NCBI GenBank assembly: GCA_042568575.1
Contig: JBHPIO010000006.1
Location: 15,032 to 79,031 of the forward strand
Length of the DNA: 64,000 nt
Reading direction: 5' to 3'
Origin: Patescibacteria group bacterium
GTDB lineage: Bacteria > Patescibacteriota > Gracilibacteria > UBA1369 > PNNO01
The position numbers and the translations under genes are program-made. How positions within the stretch are numbered: the first letter of the stretch is position 1; every line of letters starts with the position of its first letter. This document shows, piece after piece, positions 1 to 8,892 of the stretch. A model generated the notes under the pieces. That model ran no database searches. It worked only from the letters and a program-made list of their open reading frames with translations, and was not told the origin of the DNA.

Positions 1-731
1 AAGACAAACCACTTATTCCTGTCCATCATATTCTGGCCCACATTTATGGAAACTGGCTCGAAAGAGATAATTCGACTGAATTCCCCGTACTCGTTTTAAC
101 TGTTTCTGGAGGTCATAACGATCTTGTTTTGATGAAAGATCATGGGGACTTTGAACTTCTTGGTGCCACACGAGATGATGCTGCAGGCGAGGCTTTCGAT
201 AAAGTTGCTAAATTGCTTGGGCTTGGATATCCGGGAGGTCCTGCCATTCAAAAAACTGCCGAAAAAGGAAATTCTGATGCGCTTGATTTCCCTATAGCAA
301 AGCTTGAGAAAGACAGTTTGGACTTTAGTTTTTCTGGACTTAAAACAGCGGTTTTATACGAGATTCAAAAAGAATATGGACGAGAGTTTACTCCTTCAAG
401 TCTCGATCCAACCTTTGTTGCTAACGTTGCTGCTTCTTTCCAAAAAACGGTCGCGAGAACATTGGTTCAAAAAGTTATTAAAGCAGTGCAAAAATATCAG
501 CCAAAAGAGATTCATATTGCAGGAGGTGTTTCTGCGAACTCATATTTGCGCGAACATGCGGAAAGTGAGCTTGAAAAATTTGGCCTCCCATTAAAATATC
601 CGAAAAATATCGCTTACTGTACAGATAATGCTGCGATGGTTGCATCGTGCGGATACTTTATGTACCAAAAGAATCCGGAAAAATATTCGAAATGGGAAAA
701 TATTCAGCCAAACTCTAATTTCAACTTTTAA
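1..731 (+). CDS. tsaD: tRNA N6-threonylcarbamoyladenosine biosynthesis protein TsaD (5'-truncated by window edge)
   Basis: Frame is open from position 3 (DKPLIPVHHILAHIY...VSGGHNDL). Motifs TRDDAAGEAFDKVA, GLGYPGGP, FSFSGLKT, AGGVSAN and CTDNAAM are present. Confidence 0.96.
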   Translation, partial: DKPLIPVHHILAHIYGNWLERDNSTEFPVLVLTVSGGHNDLVLMKDHGDFELLGATRDDAAGEAFDKVAKLLGLGYPGGPAIQKTAEKGNSDALDFPIAKLEKDSLDFSFSGLKTAVLYEIQKEYGREFTPSSLDPTFVANVAASFQKTVARTLVQKVIKAVQKYQPKEIHIAGGVSANSYLREHAESELEKFGLPLKYPKNIAYCTDNAAMVASCGYFMYQKNPEKYSKWENIQPNSNFNF

Positions 732-741
732 TAAAGTTTAA

Positions 742-770
742 TTGCTTTTCTAGGAGGATTATTATACAAT
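742..770 (+). promoter_or_regulatory. sigma70-type promoter for the receiver-domain gene
   Basis: TTGCTT-17bp-TACAAT, about 30 bp before the ATG at 802. Confidence 0.5.
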
Positions 771-801
771 ATTTTCCTATTTAGTCATATGCGGCAATCT
801 T

Positions 802-1221
802 ATGGTTGACTCATTAAAAGAGAGCGAAAATCCGGATCTCGAAATACTGCGTGGTAGAACCGTACTTCTTGTTGAAGACGATTCTGTAAATCAACTGGTA
901 GCAGTCAGGATGTTGGAAAAATTAGATTGCACAGTTGTAATTGCCAACAACGGACAAGAAGCAGTTGATATTGCTCTTTCTGGTGATAAGGAATTCGATT
1001 TTATTTTGATGGATATTATTATGCCAGTCATGAGTGGATTTAAAGCCACGAGGTACTTAAGAGAAAACGGAGTAACAACACCTATAATTGCACATACATC
1101 AGCTTTTAAACCTGAAGAGCGACAAGAATTTGAAACTGCAGGGTTTGACGAACTCGCATACAAAAACCCCACAGATATCGCAGTAATTGCCGCAGCCGTT
1201 AAAAGAGTACTTGGCAAATGA
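802..1221 (+). CDS. Stand-alone response regulator receiver (CheY-like) domain protein
   Basis: VLLVEDD, FILMDIIMPVMSG (phospho-Asp), PIIAHTS and a C-terminal Lys. No output domain. Confidence 0.9.
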   Translation: MVDSLKESENPDLEILRGRTVLLVEDDSVNQLVAVRMLEKLDCTVVIANNGQEAVDIALSGDKEFDFILMDIIMPVMSGFKATRYLRENGVTTPIIAHTSAFKPEERQEFETAGFDELAYKNPTDIAVIAAAVKRVLGK

Positions 1222-1225
1222 AATT

Positions 1226-1253
1226 TTGACTTCCTCGGTTTTTTCAGTAGAAT
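1226..1253 (+). promoter_or_regulatory. sigma70-type promoter
   Basis: TTGACT-16bp-TAGAAT. Supports a start at ATG 1283 rather than 1187. Confidence 0.55.
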
Positions 1254-1282
1254 TTACACCACGTAGAGCTAAGGCATTTTCT

Positions 1283-2302
1283 ATGATCAAAAAAACGTTC
1301 GTATTTCTGGGATTTCTTGCAATTGGAATTGCCCTTTTTGTTTCTATTCTTTTGGAAACCGGTTTTGATGCAATCGCCGATTCATTAATAAAATTTTCTT
1401 TAGTTAATTTCCTTTTTCTTTTACTTGTTTCCTTAGTTAATTTTGGACTTTTTACATGGAGATGGTCAATGATTATCAAACTTCATTTAAAGAAGACCGG
1501 GCAAAAAAGCCCATCGTTTGTAAGACTCTTCCTACATAGGATGTCTGCATATGCCGTTAGTTACCTAACTCCAACAGCTACAAGTGGAGGTGAGCCTGTT
1601 CGTGTATTCTTCCTTCAGGAAGACAAGATCGACACCAAAACTGCCGTATCAACAATAGTTATAGATAAAGTTTTTGAATATACGGCACTTATTTTGTTTA
1701 TTTTCTCAGGTTTACTAGTCGCAATTATTGAAGGATCAATCTTTTCTGGAAAAGTAGAAATCATGCTGGGCGGTGGAATAATTCTTTTTGGGACTCTTAT
1801 TTTTTGGTTTTATTACTCAACGATGAAACATATTGGCTTCTTCAGTTCTGTATTCAGATTTTTCCGTCTAAACAAGATTAAAAGATTAAAAGGATTCGAA
1901 GAAGGTATTGTTAAGATCGAGAAAAAGATGGCGTACTTTTATACAAAGCACATTCCGAGCTTCATATTCATGATGTTCCTTTCGTTTGTAATGGTATTCT
2001 TCATGGTTTTTGAACATTTTATCATTGCATATTTTATGGGCGTTAAACTAACTTTCCTTCAATCGTTCCTTTCTGCAACAATTCCCGGGATTTCTTATAT
2101 GCTTCCAATTCCTGGTGCTCTCGGAGCACTCGAGACAAGTCATGCTGGAATTTTTGTACTTCTAGGTGTTAGCATCAATGTGTTCGTTTTCGTTCTAATA
2201 ATGCGTCTACGCGACCTAATATTCATATTGATAGGACTCGCGCATGCTTCTGGGCATGGAATCGGCATGATTATTAAAGGCATGAAGAACGGGAAGGCTT
2301 GA
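1283..2302 (+). CDS. Lysylphosphatidylglycerol synthase TM / UPF0104 flippase-like membrane protein
   Basis: Polytopic. Motifs RW..I, SYLTPTATSGGEPVR and LPIPGALGALE are typical of this family. Start moved to ATG 1283. Confidence 0.82.
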   Translation: MIKKTFVFLGFLAIGIALFVSILLETGFDAIADSLIKFSLVNFLFLLLVSLVNFGLFTWRWSMIIKLHLKKTGQKSPSFVRLFLHRMSAYAVSYLTPTATSGGEPVRVFFLQEDKIDTKTAVSTIVIDKVFEYTALILFIFSGLLVAIIEGSIFSGKVEIMLGGGIILFGTLIFWFYYSTMKHIGFFSSVFRFFRLNKIKRLKGFEEGIVKIEKKMAYFYTKHIPSFIFMMFLSFVMVFFMVFEHFIIAYFMGVKLTFLQSFLSATIPGISYMLPIPGALGALETSHAGIFVLLGVSINVFVFVLIMRLRDLIFILIGLAHASGHGIGMIIKGMKNGKA

Positions 2303-2378
2303 TTTATTCAAAAAAGAGGGTACTATGAAAGCTACGTTCATGTACTCTCATGAATTATTCTTAACGCGCTCAACTACA

Positions 2379-3731
2379 ATGATAGATAATACTCAAGCGC
2401 AAGCCCCTAATCTAAAACTCTCCCCGCCTTATAGAACCGCTAAAGGTGTCCACGACATTCTGCCACAGGATCACGAATATCATACTTATATTAAGAAGGT
2501 TGTAAGACACAGATTAAGACAAGCTGGTTTTAAACGTATCTCGACTCCGATATTTGAGTATACAGACGTATTTGCTCGAAGTATTGGTGATGCCACTGAT
2601 ATCGTAGAAAAAGAAATGTATACATTCCTTGATAAGAAAGGTCGAAGTTTAACTTTAAGACCTGAAAATACTGCTGGCGTTGTTCGCTCGTACATTCAAC
2701 ATGGAATGCAGCAATTACCACAACCTGTTGAGCTCTATTATATTGAGCCATTTTTCAGATATGATCGTCCTCAAAAAGGTCGTTACAGGCAGTTTTGGCA
2801 GTTTGGATTTGAGATGATTGGTGAACTTGATCCAGCACTTGATGCACAAGCAATTTTTATGGCTAACAAAATCAACGAAGATCTTGGAATAGAAAAGTTA
2901 TTTAAGATTCAGCTCAATACAATCGGTTCACTTGAAGATAGAAAAAACTACCTTCAAGCATTGAAAGATTATTATTATGGAAAAGAGAGGTCGCTTTGCG
3001 AACACTGTAAAGATCGTCTGGAGAAAAATCCGCTACGACTTTTGGACTGTAAAAACGAAGACTGCATGATTTTGGCAGAGCTTGCTCCTAAGATGACTGA
3101 TTATCTTTCAAAGGAAAGTAGGGAATATTATGAAGATGTAAAAGAATACTTAGCTGAGCTTGAGATTGATTACGTTGAAAATCCAAAACTTGTTCGAGGA
3201 CTTGATTACTACACAAACACTGTATTTGAATTCTGGGATGCTAAAAATGGTGCTCAAAATGCAATTGGTGGTGGTGGTCGATATGACGGACTTGTTGAAA
3301 TAATGGGTGGACAACCAACTCCGGCTGTAGGTTATGCTGCTGGAATCGAACGAATCATTGCCCACATGAAACGTGAGAAAATTCGAGTTCCTTCTAAAGA
3401 CAACATCCATGTATTTGTTGCTCAACTTGGAAAAGAAGCAAAAAAGAAATGCCTAAAACTTATTGATGAATTGCGTGAAGCAGGACTTAAAACAATCGGA
3501 GCTCTTGGTAAAGGTTCAATGAAACAACAACTAAAGCTCGCAGATAAGTTTGATGTTCCATACACACTCATCATGGGCATTACTGAAGTACGTGAAGGTA
3601 CAGCAATAATTAGAAACATGGAAAAAGGAAGTCAGGAAATAGTAAAATTCGACCAAGTCATAGATGAACTGATCAGTAAAATCGGAGAAAAGAATCTCGA
3701 CAAATACACTCCAGGAGAAATTAGTTACTAG
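2379..3731 (+). CDS. hisS: Histidine--tRNA ligase
   Basis: KGVHDILP, DIVEKEMYTF, LRPENTA, FRYDRPQKGRYRQF, LVRGLDYY, GGGRYDGL. Likely start is ATG 2379, after a TTGATT-16-TACTAT promoter at 2299-2326. Confidence 0.97.
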   Translation: MIDNTQAQAPNLKLSPPYRTAKGVHDILPQDHEYHTYIKKVVRHRLRQAGFKRISTPIFEYTDVFARSIGDATDIVEKEMYTFLDKKGRSLTLRPENTAGVVRSYIQHGMQQLPQPVELYYIEPFFRYDRPQKGRYRQFWQFGFEMIGELDPALDAQAIFMANKINEDLGIEKLFKIQLNTIGSLEDRKNYLQALKDYYYGKERSLCEHCKDRLEKNPLRLLDCKNEDCMILAELAPKMTDYLSKESREYYEDVKEYLAELEIDYVENPKLVRGLDYYTNTVFEFWDAKNGAQNAIGGGGRYDGLVEIMGGQPTPAVGYAAGIERIIAHMKREKIRVPSKDNIHVFVAQLGKEAKKKCLKLIDELREAGLKTIGALGKGSMKQQLKLADKFDVPYTLIMGITEVREGTAIIRNMEKGSQEIVKFDQVIDELISKIGEKNLDKYTPGEISY

Positions 3732-3803
3732 AACTTTCCCGTTTGATCTTATAGAGCTATTCCTATATTATTGTTGAAGAATATTCTTTAGTCATTTTTA
3801 CCT

Positions 3804-4793
3804 ATGTCACCAAAAAAGAAGAAGAGCGCTTTCAAGTTTAATCCATGGATTCTGGTATCAGTAATTGCAGTTATTGCTTTTGCAGGATTCATTTTTTACG
3901 ATAAAAGTCCAACTTTCCACAACAACGTCAATTTTGTGTTTGGGATTGAAGACGACATCTTCCCTGAAATCCACAAAGTTAAACTTACAGTCCTTACAGA
4001 TCCATCATTTGAAAACCCTGCGTACGATCTTGATGAAAAAGTCGCGGCTATTGAAGAAGAGCTGGGAACTGAGGCTGAACTTAAAATTGAAATGTTAGAT
4101 ATAAATGACGACAAGGGCAAAGAGATCGTTGAAAAATTAGACCTTAAAACTTATCCTCTATTCCTTTTCGACAAAGAATTTAGTGAGACAGAGCTTTATA
4201 AAGGACTCATAGGATTCTTTGTGGAAGAAGATGATTACTTTGTGTTAAGGCTTCAACCATATGGATACTTACAATTCCCAGAAGTTGGCGATGGACACGT
4301 AAAAGGAATACTAACAGACGACGCGCCTATAAGAATTGTTGAATACAGCAGTTTCTCATGTACATATTGCGCAAGAATGAAAGACGTATTCGCTCAGGCA
4401 CTCACAGAATACCCAGACAAAATCCAATTTGTTTACAAACATTTTGATAGAGGAGGCATTGATCAATTCCTTGCGCACATGTCTGAATGTGCGGATGAAC
4501 AAGGGAAATTCTGGGAAATGCACGACCATATTTTCGATAATATTGCCGAGACACAGAATAGTGACGCTGATACTGTAATGAATCTTTTTGCGACTCAAGT
4601 TGGTCTTGATGCTCAATTGTTCCAGAGCTGTATGGATGAAACCAGATACACTCAAAAAATCACCGGTCAGACTCAGGAGGGATACACTTTTGCAATCACC
4701 GGAACTCCTGGAATTTTTGTAAACGATAAATTTATTGGTGGCGCTATCGATTATGCAAATCTAAAAACAATTATTGATTCCTTTACTCCTTAA
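3804..4793 (+). CDS. Membrane-anchored DsbA/thioredoxin-fold protein
   Basis: N-terminal TM helix, EYSSFSCTYC (CxxC), QGKFWEMHD and ITGTPG (cis-Pro loop). Confidence 0.88.
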   Translation: MSPKKKKSAFKFNPWILVSVIAVIAFAGFIFYDKSPTFHNNVNFVFGIEDDIFPEIHKVKLTVLTDPSFENPAYDLDEKVAAIEEELGTEAELKIEMLDINDDKGKEIVEKLDLKTYPLFLFDKEFSETELYKGLIGFFVEEDDYFVLRLQPYGYLQFPEVGDGHVKGILTDDAPIRIVEYSSFSCTYCARMKDVFAQALTEYPDKIQFVYKHFDRGGIDQFLAHMSECADEQGKFWEMHDHIFDNIAETQNSDADTVMNLFATQVGLDAQLFQSCMDETRYTQKITGQTQEGYTFAITGTPGIFVNDKFIGGAIDYANLKTIIDSFTP

Positions 4794-4805
4794 TACAAAC
4801 AAGAT

Positions 4806-5570
4806 ATGACGTTCGAAAAATTTTCTGTCATTCCTATAGGTCCGATCCAAATTCAAGTTTGGGGACTGCTTGTTGCGCTTGGAATGCTTGTCGCTTTACT
4901 CTTCACACTACGTGAAGCAAAAAGAAAAAAGATGAGAAGTGAACCATTTATTGATATTTTCATCCTTTCATTTATTGCTTCTATTATTGGTAGCCGATTA
5001 CTTTATGTGGCTATCTTTTGGGATAACTACAAAGATAATCTTTGGAAAATTGTTCAAATCAACGAAGGAGGACTTGTTTTCCTTGGAGGAGTTCTTTTGG
5101 TTGTACTCACAATCATTCTCTACACAAGATTTAAAAAATTAAAATTCTGGAAAGTTGCAGATGCGATTTCTCCTGGATTTGCGCTAGGTATTGGTATTGG
5201 ACGAATTGGATGTTATTTGATTGGCGACCATATTGGCTCACGAACTAACCTCTTTCTTGGTTCTTATTACAATGGTGATCTTAGACACGAACCTTCTTTA
5301 TATCTTTCTATAAACGGGTTCATTCTATTCCTATTGTTGTTCTTGCTAAGGCCTTTTATTAGGACTCAAGGAGTAATGGCATACATATTTATTGTTTGGT
5401 ATTCAGCAAGCAGATTCCTACTCGATTTCACAAGAGCAATGGATATCGAGGGTCTTTCAGATCCAAGATATTTCAATTTAACAATCTCTCAATGGCTTTC
5501 GTTAGCTCTGTTTGTTATTTTTCTTCCTCTTTTAATACATAAAATAGCACGCGCTAAAGCTAAAAAGTAA
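4806..5570 (+). CDS. lgt: Prolipoprotein diacylglyceryl transferase (divergent)
   Basis: IIGSRLLYV, GGLVFLGG, ADAISPGFALGIGIGRIGC, YSASRFLLDFTR, TISQWLS. Confidence 0.88.
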   Translation: MTFEKFSVIPIGPIQIQVWGLLVALGMLVALLFTLREAKRKKMRSEPFIDIFILSFIASIIGSRLLYVAIFWDNYKDNLWKIVQINEGGLVFLGGVLLVVLTIILYTRFKKLKFWKVADAISPGFALGIGIGRIGCYLIGDHIGSRTNLFLGSYYNGDLRHEPSLYLSINGFILFLLLFLLRPFIRTQGVMAYIFIVWYSASRFLLDFTRAMDIEGLSDPRYFNLTISQWLSLALFVIFLPLLIHKIARAKAKK

Positions 5571-5572
5571 TT

Positions 5573-6916
5573 ATGAGGAAATTTTTTCTTACCTGTATAG
5601 TTTGCGTATTTCTAATCCCGGTTAGCATGCCGGCGGTATATGCTGCTAACTCGTTTCCTGATGTAACAAGCGACTCTCCATATTACACAGCAATCGAATA
5701 TTTTAAAGAAAGTGGAGTAATTGAAGGATATACAGACGGTACTTTCAGGCCGGATCAAGAAGCAAATCGTGCAGAGGCACTTAAAATAGTCTTACTAGCA
5801 TCTTCAGTTAGCGTTGAAGATGTTTTTCTGGGACTTAATGTTTTCCCTGATGTTTCACCGGAAGACTGGCATTATCCTTATATAAAAACAGCAAAAGAAC
5901 TGGATTATGTAGAAGGTTATCCCGATGGAGATTTTAAACCAGAAAAAGTTCAAAATATTGCAGAGACCTTAAAACTCATTTTGCTAACAAATGATATTGA
6001 CGGTATAGAAGTAGATGTTAACGAAACGATATATCCGGATGTAACCGGCGAAGTTTGGTTTGCTCCTTATGCAGCATATTCAAAAGAAAAGAACATTATA
6101 GAGCCAGGTGACGATGCAAAACTACATGCAGAACGTGGTATCACTAGAGGTGAACTTGTTGAGATGATGTACAGAATGGAAATTGTTCTACAAAACGGCG
6201 GGGATCCATTTGATATTTCAACAAACTGGCCAACAGTTTCTTATCCACAGCATGCATTTAAATCAAAGCTTCCTTTCACATGGGAAGTTGTTGAAAACGC
6301 AGACGAGGTTGTTTTCTGGAGACGTGACGAGATAAACCATCAAAGTTCATACGAGGTGTCGTTCCCCTATTCAGCAAGCATGACTTTCCATTTAGATAAC
6401 AATGAAGATGGCTTAAGTCCAGCAAATTATGAAGCAAATCTCGACATGGTTTATAAATCGGATTTTGGTTCATATCAAAAAAACAGTTTAACTATAGCCG
6501 GAAACCAGGCAATTGAATTCAATGTAAGTGTCGATCATGATGACTATTTTGTATTCCTTCCTGAAAACAGGGTTCTTCATATTTACACTTCGTACGGTTG
6601 GTCTGATTTGACAGAGCAACTCCAAGCAGAAATGGATAAGATTTTGGAAAGCCTTGAGTACATTACTCCAGGAAGTGGGTCTACATCTTCGGGAAATGTA
6701 CTTTCCGATGCTAGAGATCGAATTCTTGTAGAAGGACTTGGGCAGGAAACTCTAAATATGTTTAGTGATCTTGTGAATATTGAAACAGATACAATAGGTG
6801 TTGGAACTGGTCCTGTAGATTATTTTTACAGCGCTCAGTATGACGTCACCATTAAATATGAACGAAATTCTGATACGATTTTAGATATTCAGGATGGAGA
6901 GACTTCGGCATTTTAA
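5573..6916 (+). CDS. Secreted S-layer homology (SLH) domain protein
   Basis: Signal peptide (..AVYA), then three SLH-like repeats (FPDV...GVIEGYTDGTFRPDQEANRAE; GYPDGDFKP; ITRGE) and an unassigned C-terminal region. Confidence 0.88.
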   Translation: MRKFFLTCIVCVFLIPVSMPAVYAANSFPDVTSDSPYYTAIEYFKESGVIEGYTDGTFRPDQEANRAEALKIVLLASSVSVEDVFLGLNVFPDVSPEDWHYPYIKTAKELDYVEGYPDGDFKPEKVQNIAETLKLILLTNDIDGIEVDVNETIYPDVTGEVWFAPYAAYSKEKNIIEPGDDAKLHAERGITRGELVEMMYRMEIVLQNGGDPFDISTNWPTVSYPQHAFKSKLPFTWEVVENADEVVFWRRDEINHQSSYEVSFPYSASMTFHLDNNEDGLSPANYEANLDMVYKSDFGSYQKNSLTIAGNQAIEFNVSVDHDDYFVFLPENRVLHIYTSYGWSDLTEQLQAEMDKILESLEYITPGSGSTSSGNVLSDARDRILVEGLGQETLNMFSDLVNIETDTIGVGTGPVDYFYSAQYDVTIKYERNSDTILDIQDGETSAF

Positions 6917-6927
6917 CTTTTTGATGT

Positions 6928-7098
6928 ATGAAAAAAACACTACTCGCTCTTTTATTAAGCATTTTAATAGTATTTCCAGGTTGTGATTGCAATCCTCAGC
7001 CCGTATTGGAAGAAGAAGAACTTCCAGCTCCAGAAATTCAAGGACCGACAACTCCTCCATATTCGGTCGGACCAAGTGGGCCGCCGCCGGGTGAATAG
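6928..7098 (+). CDS. Small proline-rich putative lipoprotein (56 aa, not in ORF track)
   Basis: Translates as MKKTLLALLLSILIVFPGCDCNPQPVLEEEELPAPEIQGPTTPPYSVGPSGPPPGE*, with a basic N-terminus, hydrophobic core and lipobox-like FPG-C. It fills the gap between co-oriented genes. Confidence 0.7.
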   Translation: MKKTLLALLLSILIVFPGCDCNPQPVLEEEELPAPEIQGPTTPPYSVGPSGPPPGE

Positions 7099-7116
7099 TT
7101 GCATAATCTCATCAAG

Positions 7117-7371
7117 ATGAAATTATCAAAAAAAATCATTACGGGAATAACAATATCTGTAATAGTAACACTCTTAGTTGCTATTGACTTAGGTTTGTTT
7201 AGAAAATTTAGTCCTTATAACTATTCAATAATTAGGCATTTATACTGCATTACAATAGAACAGGAAGAATATTCTCACATTTCGCCACTTTCTCGTTACC
7301 CATCTTCCATGGACTACCTTTCTATATTTCAATGTGGAAATGAATATGATGAAAAATATCCTCCTGGTTAG
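7117..7371 (+). CDS. Small hypothetical membrane/secreted protein
   Basis: ATG 7117, MKLSKK followed by a hydrophobic helix, with two Cys in the C-terminal part. Confidence 0.55.
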   Translation: MKLSKKIITGITISVIVTLLVAIDLGLFRKFSPYNYSIIRHLYCITIEQEEYSHISPLSRYPSSMDYLSIFQCGNEYDEKYPPG

Positions 7372-7399
7372 AATACTTCCGACAACAGAGGGCTTTTTC

Positions 7400-7428
7400 T
7401 TGAATTTTCAGCTAAGTTTACTTATAAT
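7400..7428 (+). promoter_or_regulatory. sigma70-type promoter for the yebC-like gene
   Basis: TTGAAT-17bp-TATAAT. Confidence 0.65.
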
Positions 7429-7454
7429 TACGGCGCAAATTAACTCACTTTAAT

Positions 7455-8207
7455 ATGTCTGGACATTCAAAATGGCATTCGATTAAACATAAAAAAGGTG
7501 CTGCTGACGCTAAACGAGGAAAGATTTTTACAGTACATGCGAAACTTATAACTATTGCTGCTCGCGAAGGTGGTGGTGATCCTGATATGAACCCATCACT
7601 GCGAACTGCGATTGATAACGCAAAAACAGCAAACGTTCCAAACGCAAATATTGAGCGGGCTGTTAAACGCGGAACTGGCGCAGATAAAGACGGTATTGAA
7701 ATTAGCGAAGTAATGTACGAAGGATATGGGCCTGCAGGAACTGCTTTATACATTCAGGCAGTTACAGACAATAAGAATAGAACAGTTGCGAGCGTTAAAA
7801 GTATTTTGAGTAAAAACGGTGGGAATATGGGCGGCGCAGGTAGTGTTGCTTATCTTTTTCATCAAAAAGGATTGATTCTAATTAAAGCTGAAGCTGCAAA
7901 ACATGAGGACCTCGAATTAACAGCAATCGATTCAGGTGCAGAAGATATAAAAATCGAAGGAGACACTGCGGAAGTTTATACAAATTCGAAAGATCTTCAT
8001 AACGTTAAAAAGAAAATGGAAGAAGGTGGATTTGAAATTGAATCTGCAGAAATCGCATTCATTCCGGAAAACGAAGTGAAAATCGAAGAAGAAGATAAAG
8101 CAAAAAAGGTTCTCAAATTAATGGAAGCTTTGGAAGATGACGAAGACGTTACTAACGTTTTCAGTAACTTTGATATTCCAGAGGAACTATTGGAGAAGTT
8201 GGGGTAG
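7455..8207 (+). CDS. yebC: YebC/PmpR family protein
   Basis: MSGHSKWHSIKHKK, YEGYGPAG, TDNKNRT, DDEDVTNVFSN. Confidence 0.96.
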   Translation: MSGHSKWHSIKHKKGAADAKRGKIFTVHAKLITIAAREGGGDPDMNPSLRTAIDNAKTANVPNANIERAVKRGTGADKDGIEISEVMYEGYGPAGTALYIQAVTDNKNRTVASVKSILSKNGGNMGGAGSVAYLFHQKGLILIKAEAAKHEDLELTAIDSGAEDIKIEGDTAEVYTNSKDLHNVKKKMEEGGFEIESAEIAFIPENEVKIEEEDKAKKVLKLMEALEDDEDVTNVFSNFDIPEELLEKLG

Positions 8208-8882
8208 ATTTTTCACGGCTATAGGTCTATCTTCTTGGATTTCATATCCAGCCTTTTGATGACCTGCTTTTAATAGCTCAGTATCATCAGGTTCTTCAGA
8301 AATTAATCTCGCAAAAATCAAATTACAATCGTTTTCATTAGCAATGCGATCAGCTAATTGCAATAGTTTTTCTCCTATTCCCCCGCCTCTTAATGTAGGT
8401 ATGACATATCTATCCGCAATATACAGAACATTTTGTGATGTCCCATCTTTTTGAGTAACTCTAAACAGTTTAAGATTTATCCAATATCGCTGTTTTTCTG
8501 CTGTAATACAAATTATATAAGCATCTGATTTTGGATGATCAATAGCTAATGTTCTTATGTTTACATTCGCCAAATCGCTAAAAGCAAATATTCTATCTGC
8601 TCTTGTTTTCAGTGATTCCTTTTGCCCATCAACTTCAATTGTATATTCTGATTCAACATTTATTTGTGAAGCAGATGGCTCTCCCAAAAGCATTCCTTGG
8701 GCAGCCTGAATAAACTGAAGATACTTTTGTTTCCCATCTCCTGTGGGTATTTCCACTGCCATACATTGTGCTTCCTCAATAAGCACTTCTATGTCTGTAG
8801 GAGATAATTCCGATAACCTTTCATGATTATAAATGTAATCTTTTAATTCAGGTCCTCCTTCATTACCAAATTCAAGTCCCAT
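8187..8882 (-). CDS. GNAT family N-acetyltransferase with unassigned N-terminal region
   Basis: YVIPTLRGGGIGEKLL (acetyl-CoA motif A) and HQKAGY. Start set at ATG 8882 (MGLEFG...), just after the stop of the DHH gene. Confidence 0.75.
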   Translation of the reverse strand: MGLEFGNEGGPELKDYIYNHERLSELSPTDIEVLIEEAQCMAVEIPTGDGKQKYLQFIQAAQGMLLGEPSASQINVESEYTIEVDGQKESLKTRADRIFAFSDLANVNIRTLAIDHPKSDAYIICITAEKQRYWINLKLFRVTQKDGTSQNVLYIADRYVIPTLRGGGIGEKLLQLADRIANENDCNLIFARLISEEPDDTELLKAGHQKAGYEIQEDRPIAVKNLPQLLQ

Positions 8883-8892
8883 AGTTTTGGCA

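Noticed and set aside
1187-1282. N-terminal extensions in the ORF track (1187, 2325, 9044, 21670, 39167, 40750, 61212 starts)
   Set aside because: They overlap neighbouring genes or promoter boxes. Downstream ATGs give family-typical or signal-peptide N-termini.
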